A DNA stretch of 64,000 nucleotides from the sequence record NC_012638.1; one strand, 5' to 3'. The DNA is from Escherichia phage RB14. Below, in pieces: positions 26,793 to 35,919 of the stretch; the stretch's first letter is position 1, and each line of letters starts with the position of its first letter. The notes below the pieces were generated by a model. The model was not told the origin of the DNA and ran no database searches. It saw only the letters and a list, made by a program, of their open reading frames with translations. A program made the position numbers and the translations under genes.

Positions 26793-27136
26793 CTAGTACT
26801 CAATCCTCGATTATAAGAATCTACCAAACGGTCAACCATTGAATGACAAGCGGCTTTATCTTTCTCCTCCGCAACTGAACATTCTAAAGTATTCCACTTT
26901 TTAGCATATCGTTTTAACAATGTATAGTTTTTGTATCTGCTTGATTTATCCCTTTCTCCGTCTTTATATGCATATATTAATTTCTGTGCAAATTCAGCTT
27001 GACATGCTTTATTTTTCCCACAATAATCTGCCGCAGTGCGGTTTACATATTCTCTAATTTCAGTATATGATGTATCTGCTGACGCAGAAGCAGAAAATGA
27101 AATTAATCCTATACATAAAACCAAAATTTTAGTCAT
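26789..27136 (-). CDS. secreted Cys-containing protein (vs position)
   Basis: 115 aa; signal peptide MTKILVLCIGLISFSASASA; 4 Cys. Confidence 0.5.
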   Translation of the reverse strand: MTKILVLCIGLISFSASASADTSYTEIREYVNRTAADYCGKNKACQAEFAQKLIYAYKDGERDKSSRYKNYTLLKRYAKKWNTLECSVAEEKDKAACHSMVDRLVDSYNRGLSTR

Positions 27137-27674
27137 TTACTATTTCCAAAAGTTTATTATTTTTAAGGTAATTAGCCTTTTCTAGGACTTCAGAAGCATA
27201 TTTAGAACCTGCTTTAACATTCCATCCCGAATTATAAGAGGATATTGCTTTTCTTATATCTCCCTTATGTATATTTAACCAATAAGAAAGTTCAATGTAC
27301 GCCCAGGAAGCTGAATTGGACCGTTTATTCAACATTCTTTTTATTTCAGCATCGGTCATATTATAACCAAGTTCCTTAACTCTTGCTCGCATAGTAGGCA
27401 AATAATTTTGGAACATTCCGTAGGCGTGATGCTTTGGTTTAGATTTTAAATTAACTCCGCCAGAGCTTTCTTGCCATAAAATAGCAGCCATTATATGACC
27501 TAATCCGCTCTTGTGGATATTTTTGTGTGTTTTATATTTTCCATCCTTAGAAAATTGTTCCCCGAATTGATACGCGTAACGCATGTTATCGAGTTGGACA
27601 TTACTGAAAGTATGCTCGGAGCTATGTGCCATCATTGAAATGGCCAATAGACCAGCGAGTAGTGCTTTTCTCAT
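27129..27674 (-). CDS. lytic transglycosylase-like periplasmic protein
   Basis: 181 aa; signal peptide MRKALLAGLLAISMMAHS; SLT-like motifs QESSGG and YGMFQ. Confidence 0.55.
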   Translation of the reverse strand: MRKALLAGLLAISMMAHSSEHTFSNVQLDNMRYAYQFGEQFSKDGKYKTHKNIHKSGLGHIMAAILWQESSGGVNLKSKPKHHAYGMFQNYLPTMRARVKELGYNMTDAEIKRMLNKRSNSASWAYIELSYWLNIHKGDIRKAISSYNSGWNVKAGSKYASEVLEKANYLKNNKLLEIVND

Positions 27675-27681
27675 GCTTACC

Positions 27682-28143
27682 TCATTGAGTTTTAATTACT
27701 GCTTTAGAAGCCTTTCCTGGTAAACGACGACTGTTGATAATTGCCATCCTACATTGAAGTGACGGGTCTTTGAACTTCTCATTAGGTTTACAAACCGTAA
27801 ATCCAAGCCAAAGATTTCCATCTGTGATTTCTAAACGTCCAGGACGATATTCAACCCCATCAATAAAATCCTCGTCAATGTCAGGACGCGGAGGCATACT
27901 CAGAAATTCATTAACTTCTAAAACATGGTCTTTTATTTTATGGAATAATTCAAAAACGTATGTCTCATCAATCTCCCGTTGAATTGCGCGATCAAGAAGA
28001 TGCTGAGAATATTTTAGATGAAACGATGAGACCCCTGCTGCTTTTGATGCCTCACGAATCTCATTGTTAATTTGACGAAACTCCGACTCAAAGTGACGAC
28101 GAAGCTTATTTCGACGGATAAAAACTTCTGTATTGATAGTCAT
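27682..28143 (-). CDS. regB: Endoribonuclease RegB
   Basis: 153 aa; N-terminus MTINTEVFIRRNKLRRHFESEF as remembered for T4 RegB; early promoter directly upstream. Confidence 0.85.
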   Translation of the reverse strand: MTINTEVFIRRNKLRRHFESEFRQINNEIREASKAAGVSSFHLKYSQHLLDRAIQREIDETYVFELFHKIKDHVLEVNEFLSMPPRPDIDEDFIDGVEYRPGRLEITDGNLWLGFTVCKPNEKFKDPSLQCRMAIINSRRLPGKASKAVIKTQ

Positions 28144-28170
28144 GTTATTCTCCTCTTAACTGATAGAAAA

Positions 28171-28200
28171 ATTATACCACAGTCAAGAGGAAAAGTAAAC
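28171..28200 (-). promoter_or_regulatory. Early promoter of regB
   Basis: Minus strand GTTTAC-N18-TATAAT, GAGGAG SD, regB ATG. Confidence 0.65.
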
Positions 28201-28202
28201 AG

Positions 28203-28481
28203 TTATTCTTTAAATCTAATCAATTTATTCATAGACTTTGAAACTTCTGCACGAACCTCATGTAAGTTTTTAAGCTGTTCAAGACGCTGCTCATAGTAAG
28301 CAATTTCATCTTCTTCGAGACAGTCCTGTGAATCTTCTTTAAGATAACGTGCATAGTCCTGAAAAGCTTTACGGACTACTTCCTGGAAGTCATCAAGACT
28401 TTGAATTTTCTTAGGAGCGGCAGATACACGACGAGGTGCAGTATAATACTCATAACCAAACCCTGCACTTAATTGAGCCAT
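28203..28481 (-). CDS. hypothetical protein (vs.x region)
   Basis: 92 aa from ATG at 28481; track start 28523 is upstream. Confidence 0.45.
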   Translation of the reverse strand: MAQLSAGFGYEYYTAPRRVSAAPKKIQSLDDFQEVVRKAFQDYARYLKEDSQDCLEEDEIAYYEQRLEQLKNLHEVRAEVSKSMNKLIRFKE

Positions 28482-28783
28482 TAGTATTTTTCCTCTGGTT
28501 GGAACACTGCACGACAAGCCCACATACTGGCTTCTTTGAGTTTCGTTTTAGCAATAGTTAACTGATCGAGGCTTTCAGCATAATTCTTCGCGAGTTCATC
28601 ATCTTCACAGCTATCGAATGCTTCCCAGAATTCATCGTATAAAGCATCAAAGATAAGTCCTAAACGAACTTCAGCGTCTTTGATAGCATTCACTTTACCG
28701 ATTTTCTCTTCAGTATGCGGCTTATAACCTTTAATGTCTTCAATCATATTTGACTTCCTCACCAGTACATAAATCATATTCAA
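28481..28783 (-). CDS. hypothetical small helical protein (vs.x region; possible Acb2/Vs.4 position)
   Basis: 100 aa in track; 88 aa if started at 28747. Confidence 0.4.
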   Translation of the reverse strand: MNMIYVLVRKSNMIEDIKGYKPHTEEKIGKVNAIKDAEVRLGLIFDALYDEFWEAFDSCEDDELAKNYAESLDQLTIAKTKLKEASMWACRAVFQPEEKY

Positions 28784-28961
28784 CTAAACGAATAGGTTCA
28801 TGAATGCCATATCCTTGAACAGAAATTTCTGTCGTAGGATAAATTCCATCAATATCACCCATATTCCAGGCTTCATTAAATTGCTGTTCGCCTGAATTAC
28901 TAAACCACTCGGCGAAAGCATTTAGCACATCTTTAGAACCTTCAATAATTATCTTTGCCAT
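28740..28961 (-). CDS. hypothetical protein (vs.x region)
   Basis: ORF track 73 aa. Confidence 0.45.
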   Translation of the reverse strand: MAKIIIEGSKDVLNAFAEWFSNSGEQQFNEAWNMGDIDGIYPTTEISVQGYGIHEPIRLVEYDLCTGEEVKYD

Positions 28962-29323
28962 TACAAACTCTCAGTAAAGGTACGAGCGATAACGTCGCGC
29001 TGCTGTTCCGGAGTCAGAGAGTTAAAGCGAACTGCATAACCGGATACACGGATGGTCAGCTGCGGATATTTTTCCGGATGCTTAACTGCATCTTCCAGAG
29101 TTTCACGACGCAGAACGTTAACGTTCAGGTGTTGACCACCTTCAATTTTAACTGTAGGTTGTTGCTCAATTTCAATTTCACGGGCATGCAAACCATAGAA
29201 AATTTCTGGGTCTACAAAAGAGTCCTCTTTAAAGGTTTTAGAGACAATAATTCGTGCTTGAATATCATCTTCAAAATAAATAGTACCTTTATGTGTGCCT
29301 TCAAGAATTTGATATGCTTTCAT
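28961..29323 (-). CDS. Autonomous glycyl-radical cofactor, GrcA/YfiD-like
   Basis: 120 aa; C-terminal [29 protein letters not shown] glycyl-radical motif; 3' half about 51 percent GC versus about 33 percent in 5' half. Confidence 0.85.
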   Translation of the reverse strand: MKAYQILEGTHKGTIYFEDDIQARIIVSKTFKEDSFVDPEIFYGLHAREIEIEQQPTVKIEGGQHLNVNVLRRETLEDAVKHPEKYPQLTIRVSGYAVRFNSLTPEQQRDVIARTFTESL

Positions 29324-29330
29324 ATAAACC

Positions 29331-29711
29331 TCAATTAGAAAATAAATTTATCCAAGATTGTTCTTTAATTAAAAATGGCTCAGAATCATATGCCATTAAA
29401 CTTTGGGTGATTAGTCCTTTAAAAGGTCCATCAATAAATTCCATGGTAAAATATGGAATTTTATTCATTAGCCGTGCATTAGGAGCAGTACACAAAACTC
29501 TGCATCCTTTGAATACGCCTTTTTGTAATTTGTATTGCTTGGGATAAAATTCGCTTAAAATGTTGTTATTTGCCAAAATTTCAAAATGATTTACCAATTT
29601 ATTTTTAATAGTTTTTGGCGAAAAATAGAGATATTCGAAAAGCTGCGTGTCTGTCATCATTGCATTCCGATTACGAAAAACTGCGGACGAGTAATACCAC
29701 CAATGCAACAT
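29331..29711 (-). CDS. hypothetical protein
   Basis: ORF track 126 aa. Confidence 0.45.
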   Translation of the reverse strand: MLHWWYYSSAVFRNRNAMMTDTQLFEYLYFSPKTIKNKLVNHFEILANNNILSEFYPKQYKLQKGVFKGCRVLCTAPNARLMNKIPYFTMEFIDGPFKGLITQSLMAYDSEPFLIKEQSWINLFSN

Positions 29712-30244
29712 TTACTATTACAGCAGTAGTGTACAGTGTCAATATGGACGCTATAAATCTTATCCATATCAGGAGATTTGACAGGCTCATCAATTATATA
29801 CAAAATTCGCGAAAGCGATAAACCTCTGAACTTGCTTCCTTTATTACCAATAAAACTGCGCACAGAATCAGTAAATAAACGAAAACGTATATCATCATTA
29901 GAATAACGCGAAAATTCCTTTTTAATGTTATTTGCAGAAATTTTAGCGTAAGCTGAAGTATTAGAAAGAACAATAACTGTTCCGCCATCATACAGCCAAT
30001 TAGCGGCAAAGTTAGTCACAGCAATTGATTTACCGGATTGACGTCCACCATCTATACGAAGTGTGCAGTACTGTTTAAGTAATTCTTCAAATGGCGGGAT
30101 ATATTCGTTTTTACAAATTTCTTCTACTCTAGCATCAGAATGGTGTGTAAAAGCATTCATCAGGGATAGATAAGGACCAGTTAAAAATGTTCTCATTTTA
30201 TTCTCTCTAAATTTGGGCCATTCCATGGCGCATGAATTGTCCAT
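29657..30244 (-). CDS. P-loop NTPase (terminase-ATPase-like Walker A)
   Basis: 195 aa; Walker A GGRQSGKS, Walker B ILYIIDEP; C-terminal Cys cluster CCNSKCC. Confidence 0.55.
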   Translation of the reverse strand: MDNSCAMEWPKFRENKMRTFLTGPYLSLMNAFTHHSDARVEEICKNEYIPPFEELLKQYCTLRIDGGRQSGKSIAVTNFAANWLYDGGTVIVLSNTSAYAKISANNIKKEFSRYSNDDIRFRLFTDSVRSFIGNKGSKFRGLSLSRILYIIDEPVKSPDMDKIYSVHIDTVHYCCNSKCCIGGITRPQFFVIGMQ

Positions 30245-30337
30245 TTCTGTATTTACCCATTACCGCACTCAGGCTCGACCTTATTACAGGTTGGCGGGAA
30301 TCCCTCATAGAATCATGAGGTCCAGGTTGTTCCCATA

Positions 30338-30811
30338 TTATTTGAACGATTTAACGTACTGAATAGAACCTTTACTATTCACAAAGGCAATTTTACCATT
30401 TTTGTTATACATGGTAGCAGTACGTTGATAGCCATAAGTTTGTTTACCAGATTGATAACCAACTAATGCAAAATTATCTTCACCCATTTTATTCTGTTTA
30501 GCACGAATGCGTTCATGGCCATGTGCCATAAGAACCTTAGCATCACCTGTTGCAATGGATCGACGAGTTTTTTCATCTTCAACTGTATTAACAAAGTCGT
30601 CAAATGAATCAAATTTAGCATGAGATTTATTATACAGTTTTCCATCTACTGCATAATTATATCCTTGTACATCCATCTCAACTTCTGTACCATCATCCAA
30701 TACAGCAGTGATTTTCTGTCCTTTTTTAAATTTCAAAAGATCAGTAAAAGATTCAGCAATAATTTGAGAATTAATAGCTGCTTCAGTAATAAATTCTTGA
30801 TATGTTTTCAT
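30338..30811 (-). CDS. Internal protein with capsid-targeting sequence (ipII/ipIII locus)
   Basis: 157 aa; N-terminal MKTYQEFITEAA matches the T-even CTS; adjacent to e. Confidence 0.65.
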   Translation of the reverse strand: MKTYQEFITEAAINSQIIAESFTDLLKFKKGQKITAVLDDGTEVEMDVQGYNYAVDGKLYNKSHAKFDSFDDFVNTVEDEKTRRSIATGDAKVLMAHGHERIRAKQNKMGEDNFALVGYQSGKQTYGYQRTATMYNKNGKIAFVNSKGSIQYVKSFK

Positions 30812-30871
30812 GTGTATCCTTTAAATGTAAATATTTTAATTAATAATTTATCTCTTCAAATAACTGTGAAT

Positions 30872-30901
30872 ATACTATCACAATTCTAGGAGAAAGTAAA
30901 T
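30872..30901 (-). promoter_or_regulatory. Early-type promoter
   Basis: Minus strand TTTACT-N17-TAGTAT upstream of IP gene 30338..30811. Confidence 0.45.
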
Positions 30902-30905
30902 AACT

Positions 30906-31436
<531 letters not shown>

Positions 31437-31892
31437 TTAAAAGAGGCTGTTCATTATTCGGTAAAGTGAAGGACCCATCACATATTGCCACTGAGTACGA
31501 GGAATAAGAGCAAAAGCATCCATCTCTGGAATCATAACGCCATCTTTATTTTCAAAATAAGACTCGCAGCGGCAATTTCTAAACATCTCATGCTCTACTG
31601 GAATCGTATAGTAAAATAGCTGTAAGTCTTTATTACTAGAATATTTAAATACACCTAGGTCTTCTAGAAGGTCTGGATTATAATTGCTAAAGCCAGTCTC
31701 TTCTAAACATTCTCTTCGTGCTGCATCTAGCGCGCTTAAATCAGAATTTTCTACACGGCCCTTTGGAATATCCCAGCGATGGGCCATCATTCCAGGCTTA
31801 CGAGAACCGGTAACACGACCCATAAATAAATCTTTATCTTCTGTCATAAAGATAATACCAGCTGATAATGTTTTCATTTTAATTTCCTGCAT
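31437..31892 (-). CDS. nudE: Nudix hydrolase
   Basis: 151 aa; Nudix box GRVENSD-x7-RRECLEETGF. Confidence 0.8.
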   Translation of the reverse strand: MQEIKMKTLSAGIIFMTEDKDLFMGRVTGSRKPGMMAHRWDIPKGRVENSDLSALDAARRECLEETGFSNYNPDLLEDLGVFKYSSNKDLQLFYYTIPVEHEMFRNCRCESYFENKDGVMIPEMDAFALIPRTQWQYVMGPSLYRIMNSLF

Positions 31893-32362
31893 TCAGTGAT
31901 AAAGTTATTTAAATTTTGAGTATATTTCTTTTCATCAAAAATCTTTTGTTGTCTGCGTAAACGCCATGGCATTTCAATGAACGTATACCATATCCCAGAT
32001 AATATTGCTGCTGTAAAAATATTAACAAGTATGGTTAAAAGAATCCAATCTCCTATTCTGTCCATTGGATTTTTTATAAAAAAATAAAATACAAATGATG
32101 TCACAGGAAGACTAATAATATACCACAGAATTATAATTTTATCTGTGAACCAATCAGCGTTCGTTAACTTAGCGCGACCATTATGAATACACACGAATTT
32201 ATCATCTGTTATAATAGATGGCTTAGCTGCTTGATATCCCATTCTAAACTCCCTAATCAACAAATTTTTCATATCTTCGGAACAACCATTCCAGTCAACT
32301 CTATCAACTGAAATGCCATCATCCCCATCATCTAAATCATACCAGCGAGTTTTTAAAATCAT
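31874..32362 (-). CDS. membrane protein, tandem paralog 1
   Basis: 162 aa; two TM helices; C-terminal ...NFITECRKLK. Confidence 0.5.
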   Translation of the reverse strand: MILKTRWYDLDDGDDGISVDRVDWNGCSEDMKNLLIREFRMGYQAAKPSIITDDKFVCIHNGRAKLTNADWFTDKIIILWYIISLPVTSFVFYFFIKNPMDRIGDWILLTILVNIFTAAILSGIWYTFIEMPWRLRRQQKIFDEKKYTQNLNNFITECRKLK

Positions 32363-32721
32363 TTAATTTTCCTACAATCACTCACAAACTCTTTCACTGA
32401 TTCATTTTCAATATAAGACATGTAGTTGTTATATTCTTTTAATTGTATTTTGTAATCCTTTTTTCTTTGCCAATTTATTTTAAAATTATCATAATGAAAA
32501 TATAATATAATACCAAAAAATGAAAACAATGAAATAATTTTGGTATAGTGAAGTTCACTCCAAACTTCTATTATATTTACTGTGCCGTCAATGTTTAAAA
32601 TAAGACAGTCAATTAACAATCCAAAAAGACTACCCGCAAGAGCTGCAGCCAACGCCACAGCAAAAATTAAAAATGACTCAGGAAACGAATATTTGACTTT
32701 ATTTAGTTTTGGCTTTTGCAT
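32359..32721 (-). CDS. membrane protein, tandem paralog 2
   Basis: 120 aa; two TM helices; C-terminal ...EFVSDCRKIK. Confidence 0.5.
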   Translation of the reverse strand: MQKPKLNKVKYSFPESFLIFAVALAAALAGSLFGLLIDCLILNIDGTVNIIEVWSELHYTKIISLFSFFGIILYFHYDNFKINWQRKKDYKIQLKEYNNYMSYIENESVKEFVSDCRKIK

Positions 32722-33095
32722 CGTGATTCCTTAACAAATTTCATAATTTCATCAAATTCATACGCAGCAAGTTTAAGCTGGTGTTCCTTTTTAATCTTTT
32801 TACACTGTGCTTTCCAATCACGTACGCGTTTACGATAATGTCTTCCTTGATACCAGTATCCTACCCAATTTACAGGTACTAATAAAAATGGAACTATCAT
32901 TGGAAGAATTAGTGTTGACGCAAATATTATATTAGATTCAATATTAGTCATAACATCTATAATTATTCCAACCCCCAGTAGAATTACAAATGATACAGCT
33001 ATTACAGGACCTATTAATACATCAGTAGGAATTAGCTGGCGCTTTAATTCATACTTTAAGGGTTTACTTGGAAGATACATTGATGGCTTTGACAT
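32703..33095 (-). CDS. membrane protein, tandem paralog 3
   Basis: 130 aa; two TM helices; C-terminal ...KFVKESRCKSQN. Confidence 0.5.
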   Translation of the reverse strand: MSKPSMYLPSKPLKYELKRQLIPTDVLIGPVIAVSFVILLGVGIIIDVMTNIESNIIFASTLILPMIVPFLLVPVNWVGYWYQGRHYRKRVRDWKAQCKKIKKEHQLKLAAYEFDEIMKFVKESRCKSQN

Positions 33096-33672
33096 ATTCT
33101 CTGCATTCCTTCACAAATTTTTCTAGTAATAAATCGCTTTCAAAATTGGGATTTTCTACGAATTTATCAAAAAGATCATCAACAATAGTTAAGATATTCT
33201 TTTTACTAAGAATACGTTTATTTTCATGCTTCGTTTCAGAATCAACTATAAGAGTAAAGAAATATTTCTTGCCCTGAAATTTTACCGTAGTATCAATATA
33301 AAATAAATTTGACTTTTGTAAGTTACGTTTAAACCATGCGTCACTTAAACTATAAACACCGAGATAATCAAAATCGTCGTTTAAATAACAAACTGACCAT
33401 TCAGGAGAAATGAAATCAGTAAATTCAACATCAAAATCACATGTCAATGAATGAATTGATTCAATACTGTTAATAAGTATTCCAGGACGTATTAAAGACT
33501 TTTTACCTCTGGAAAATCTTCCAGAAAGACTTTCATCAGTTTCATATGAAGAACCCCAATAATAATTACGTCCTTCTGCCATACGTTTAAGAGCATTTAG
33601 TAATTGGTCTGGAACATCAACCTGTCTTTGGAACTCTTCAAACATTGAATTGAAATCACTTTGCATTTTCAT
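33064..33672 (-). CDS. hypothetical protein
   Basis: ORF track 202 aa. Confidence 0.5.
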   Translation of the reverse strand: MKMQSDFNSMFEEFQRQVDVPDQLLNALKRMAEGRNYYWGSSYETDESLSGRFSRGKKSLIRPGILINSIESIHSLTCDFDVEFTDFISPEWSVCYLNDDFDYLGVYSLSDAWFKRNLQKSNLFYIDTTVKFQGKKYFFTLIVDSETKHENKRILSKKNILTIVDDLFDKFVENPNFESDLLLEKFVKECREYVKAINVSSK

Positions 33673-33693
33673 TCCTATTTACTCCAAGTAATA

Positions 33694-33707
33694 GGGGCCG
33701 AAGCCCC
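33694..33707 (-). terminator. Hairpin GGGGC-UUCG-GCCCC
   Basis: Tetraloop stem after ORF 33714..34307; U-tract weaker. Confidence 0.45.
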
Positions 33708-33713
33708 TTATCA

Positions 33714-34307
33714 TTATTTCAGAGAATTAATGTATTCCTGAACATCAGCAGAAGTAGTTTCAACCCCAGAAATATTACCGTTAAAGGTTTCAACTCGAGC
33801 AAGAGTATCTTCAATATCAACCTTAGTCAGCGCTGCAATTTCAACTACATCATCGGCAGTACTAATTCCAAGGGCATTTGCTGCACGAGTTTCACGGATA
33901 TATTCCAATTTAACTGCAAGTTCTTGGCGAGCATCATCTAACTCAACTACTTTCTTGGCGATTTCAATTCGCATTTCAGCATAACCATCAGCTTTAGTAG
34001 TCAGTTGTTCAGCTGTTCGACGATATAGCAAACCGAGTTTAGCATGCATTGTTACATCTTGACCTTCGGAAAGAAGCTTGCGAATTTCACGCTCTTTTGA
34101 TTCAGCCTGTTTATTCTTTTCAACAATAAGTTCACGAATACGTTTTTCTTCATTAATAGATTTAACAGAAGCAGTTTTTAGGTCTTTAATTTTATCAAGT
34201 AGTTTTGCTGCTGCGGCAGTATACTGTTCTTCAACAGATAGATTTTTAGCCATAGCAGAACCAAGTTTAGTGCGAATAAACTCAACAATTTTCTTCAGTG
34301 TGTTCAT
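33714..34307 (-). CDS. coiled-coil protein, PspA/IM30-like (tentative)
   Basis: 197 aa; amphipathic N-terminus then long heptad-rich helix; family call is pattern-based only. Confidence 0.45.
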
Positions 34308-34350
34308 AGTATTTCCTTAGGTTAATTAAGATTTAAAATCCATGAGAGTA

Positions 34351-34527
34351 TTATACTCCGGATAGTTTGTAAACTATTTCAACATCGCCTTTTGCTGCTT
34401 TATAACCTTCAGCCCAAGATACAACCGAGTTTTTATCTGAAGATTCAAATTCTGGCATTGGGCTTTCGCCAATGTTCACGCAGTATGTTTCTTCATTTTC
34501 GTCGAACCAAATAATTAAAGTAGTCAT
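34351..34527 (-). CDS. small hypothetical protein (58 aa)
   Basis: Manually read ORF MTTLIIWFDENEETYCVNIG... Confidence 0.3.
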   Translation of the reverse strand: MTTLIIWFDENEETYCVNIGESPMPEFESSDKNSVVSWAEGYKAAKGDVEIVYKLSGV

Positions 34528-34595
34528 TTATTTCTCCGTTTCTGTATTTGTTTTGATAAGTCTATAATAACACCGTCCTTGGTGTTTGTACACAA

Positions 34596-34859
34596 TTATT
34601 TCATATTATTGAAATATTCTTCTGCGATTTCGTCGTTATCATGGTAAACTTTAGAAGACAGTTTAACATAACCTTCAGCAGTGAACATATTAATCACAAC
34701 CTTTACAGTATACCACTGACCATCTTCATTACCCATTACTGCATAGGTTTCAAACATCGGATGGTCAGGACCAATAACTTTAATATCATTCACTGTACGA
34801 CCAAAATCTTCTGAAACACATTTCATAAAGAAGTTGAACAGTTCACCGTAATTATCCAT
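34596..34859 (-). CDS. hypothetical protein
   Basis: 87 aa from ATG at 34859 (MDNYGELF...); early promoter and conserved leader upstream. Confidence 0.5.
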   Translation of the reverse strand: MDNYGELFNFFMKCVSEDFGRTVNDIKVIGPDHPMFETYAVMGNEDGQWYTVKVVINMFTAEGYVKLSSKVYHDNDEIAEEYFNNMK

Positions 34860-34902
34860 TTTATTCTCCAAGTTGTTTTCTGTATCAGTAGTTGATAGTT
34901 GT

Positions 34903-34932
34903 ATAATACCATAGAAGAACAGGGATGTAAAC
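34903..34932 (-). promoter_or_regulatory. Early promoter
   Basis: Minus strand GTTTACA-N17-TATTAT; leader ACAACTATCAACTACTGATAC. Confidence 0.6.
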
Positions 34933-35063
34933 AGTTTTGTGAAAAAATTTTTAAAAAGTTTTAGGGAATTCTAGGGCGGGGAAGGGCAATTAAAAGATAG
35001 GATAATATATTATAAAGGGTATAAACTAAATGATGCCTAGAGAGGTCTGGAAAGGCCTAGATA

Positions 35064-35090
35064 CCAAAAAGCCCTATCATTTAGATAGGG
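35064..35090 (-). terminator. Rho-independent terminator
   Basis: CCCUAUC-UAAAU-GAUAGGG then CUUUUUGG after ORF 35099..35662. Confidence 0.6.
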
Positions 35091-35098
35091 ATTTAAAA

Positions 35099-35662
35099 TT
35101 ATTTACCTAGTTTAGTTATTATAGCTTCGGCAGCAGCTTTTAGCTTAGATGCAGTGTTAATACGATTTTTAATTTCAGTATAAGCATCGCCAAGAACATC
35201 AAGGCTATCAGAATAAACACTTACACTATTGCGTTCGCTATTTGAAATAGAACCTTTAGTTTTACGATCAAAATCGGTATACACGTCTTGAAGATCGCGG
35301 GCTGCCTTCTTTGCATCATCCAATGCATCAAGAGCTTTATTCAAAGCATTAACATATTTTTTAGTGTCGAACATATTCTTAGAAATTTTGACAGGTGCGC
35401 GTTCAGGAGTAGCTAAGGCAGATTTAGGAACTTGAGCGCCAGATGCTAGTTTCTTAGAAATTTTGAAAAATGCTTTATTGAAATTATTTTCTTGACTCAT
35501 CGTAAAAGAACTATTATCGATGTTATACATTTCAATAGCTTTAGCTTTCCACTTAAGAAAATCGCCACGGTCTTTTGGGTCCAAGTGGAAGAATACTTTA
35601 GTAAGATCTGCTTCAGATGGTAATTTTGCTGCTTCGGTTAAAAATTCGGCATAAGTTTTCAT
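35099..35662 (-). CDS. Internal-protein-like protein with capsid-targeting sequence
   Basis: 187 aa; N-terminal MKTYAEFLTEAA; hairpin terminator downstream. Confidence 0.6.
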   Translation of the reverse strand: MKTYAEFLTEAAKLPSEADLTKVFFHLDPKDRGDFLKWKAKAIEMYNIDNSSFTMSQENNFNKAFFKISKKLASGAQVPKSALATPERAPVKISKNMFDTKKYVNALNKALDALDDAKKAARDLQDVYTDFDRKTKGSISNSERNSVSVYSDSLDVLGDAYTEIKNRINTASKLKAAAEAIITKLGK

Positions 35663-35744
35663 TTAAAATCCTTGAAATAATTTATTGGTTATTAATTATT
35701 TATCACGTTGTTATCATCCATGTTAGCATTCTCTGAGTGATTCA

Positions 35745-35775
35745 AACTAAAAAGCCCCAACCTTTCGGTCGGGGC
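35745..35775 (-). terminator. Rho-independent terminator at end of tRNA/stable-RNA cluster
   Basis: 9-bp stem GCCCCGACC/GGUUGGGGC with GAAA loop then UUUUUAGUUUG. Confidence 0.7.
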
Positions 35776-35824
35776 TAAGCCTTGCGGCAACCTTGTCGGG
35801 GTTCCACCTGCTAAGGCAAGTGTT

Positions 35825-35919
35825 TGTACGAAACGCCGGGATTCGAACCCGGTTATTAAGCAGTTGACGCTACTCAATATTTTTAAAAGGCCATATCTCG
35901 ACCATATCCGAACGTTCCG
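35825..35919 (-). ncRNA. tRNA-like small stable RNA candidate (T4 species 1/2 RNA position)
   Basis: 7-bp acceptor-like stem CGGAACG/CGTTTCG flanking a canonical T-arm CCGGG-TTCGAAT-CCCGG, but 60 nt between them with no standard D/anticodon arms; no CCA. Confidence 0.35.

Noticed and set aside
28800-30340. denV (endonuclease V) expected between vs.x genes and the internal-protein genes
   Set aside because: No ORF here resembles the T4 EndoV sequence; the locus is occupied by other genes
35692-35877. 61-aa minus-strand ORF
   Set aside because: Spans a strong terminator hairpin and the tRNA-like T-arm; Gly/Pro/Leu-rich translation typical of structured RNA read as protein
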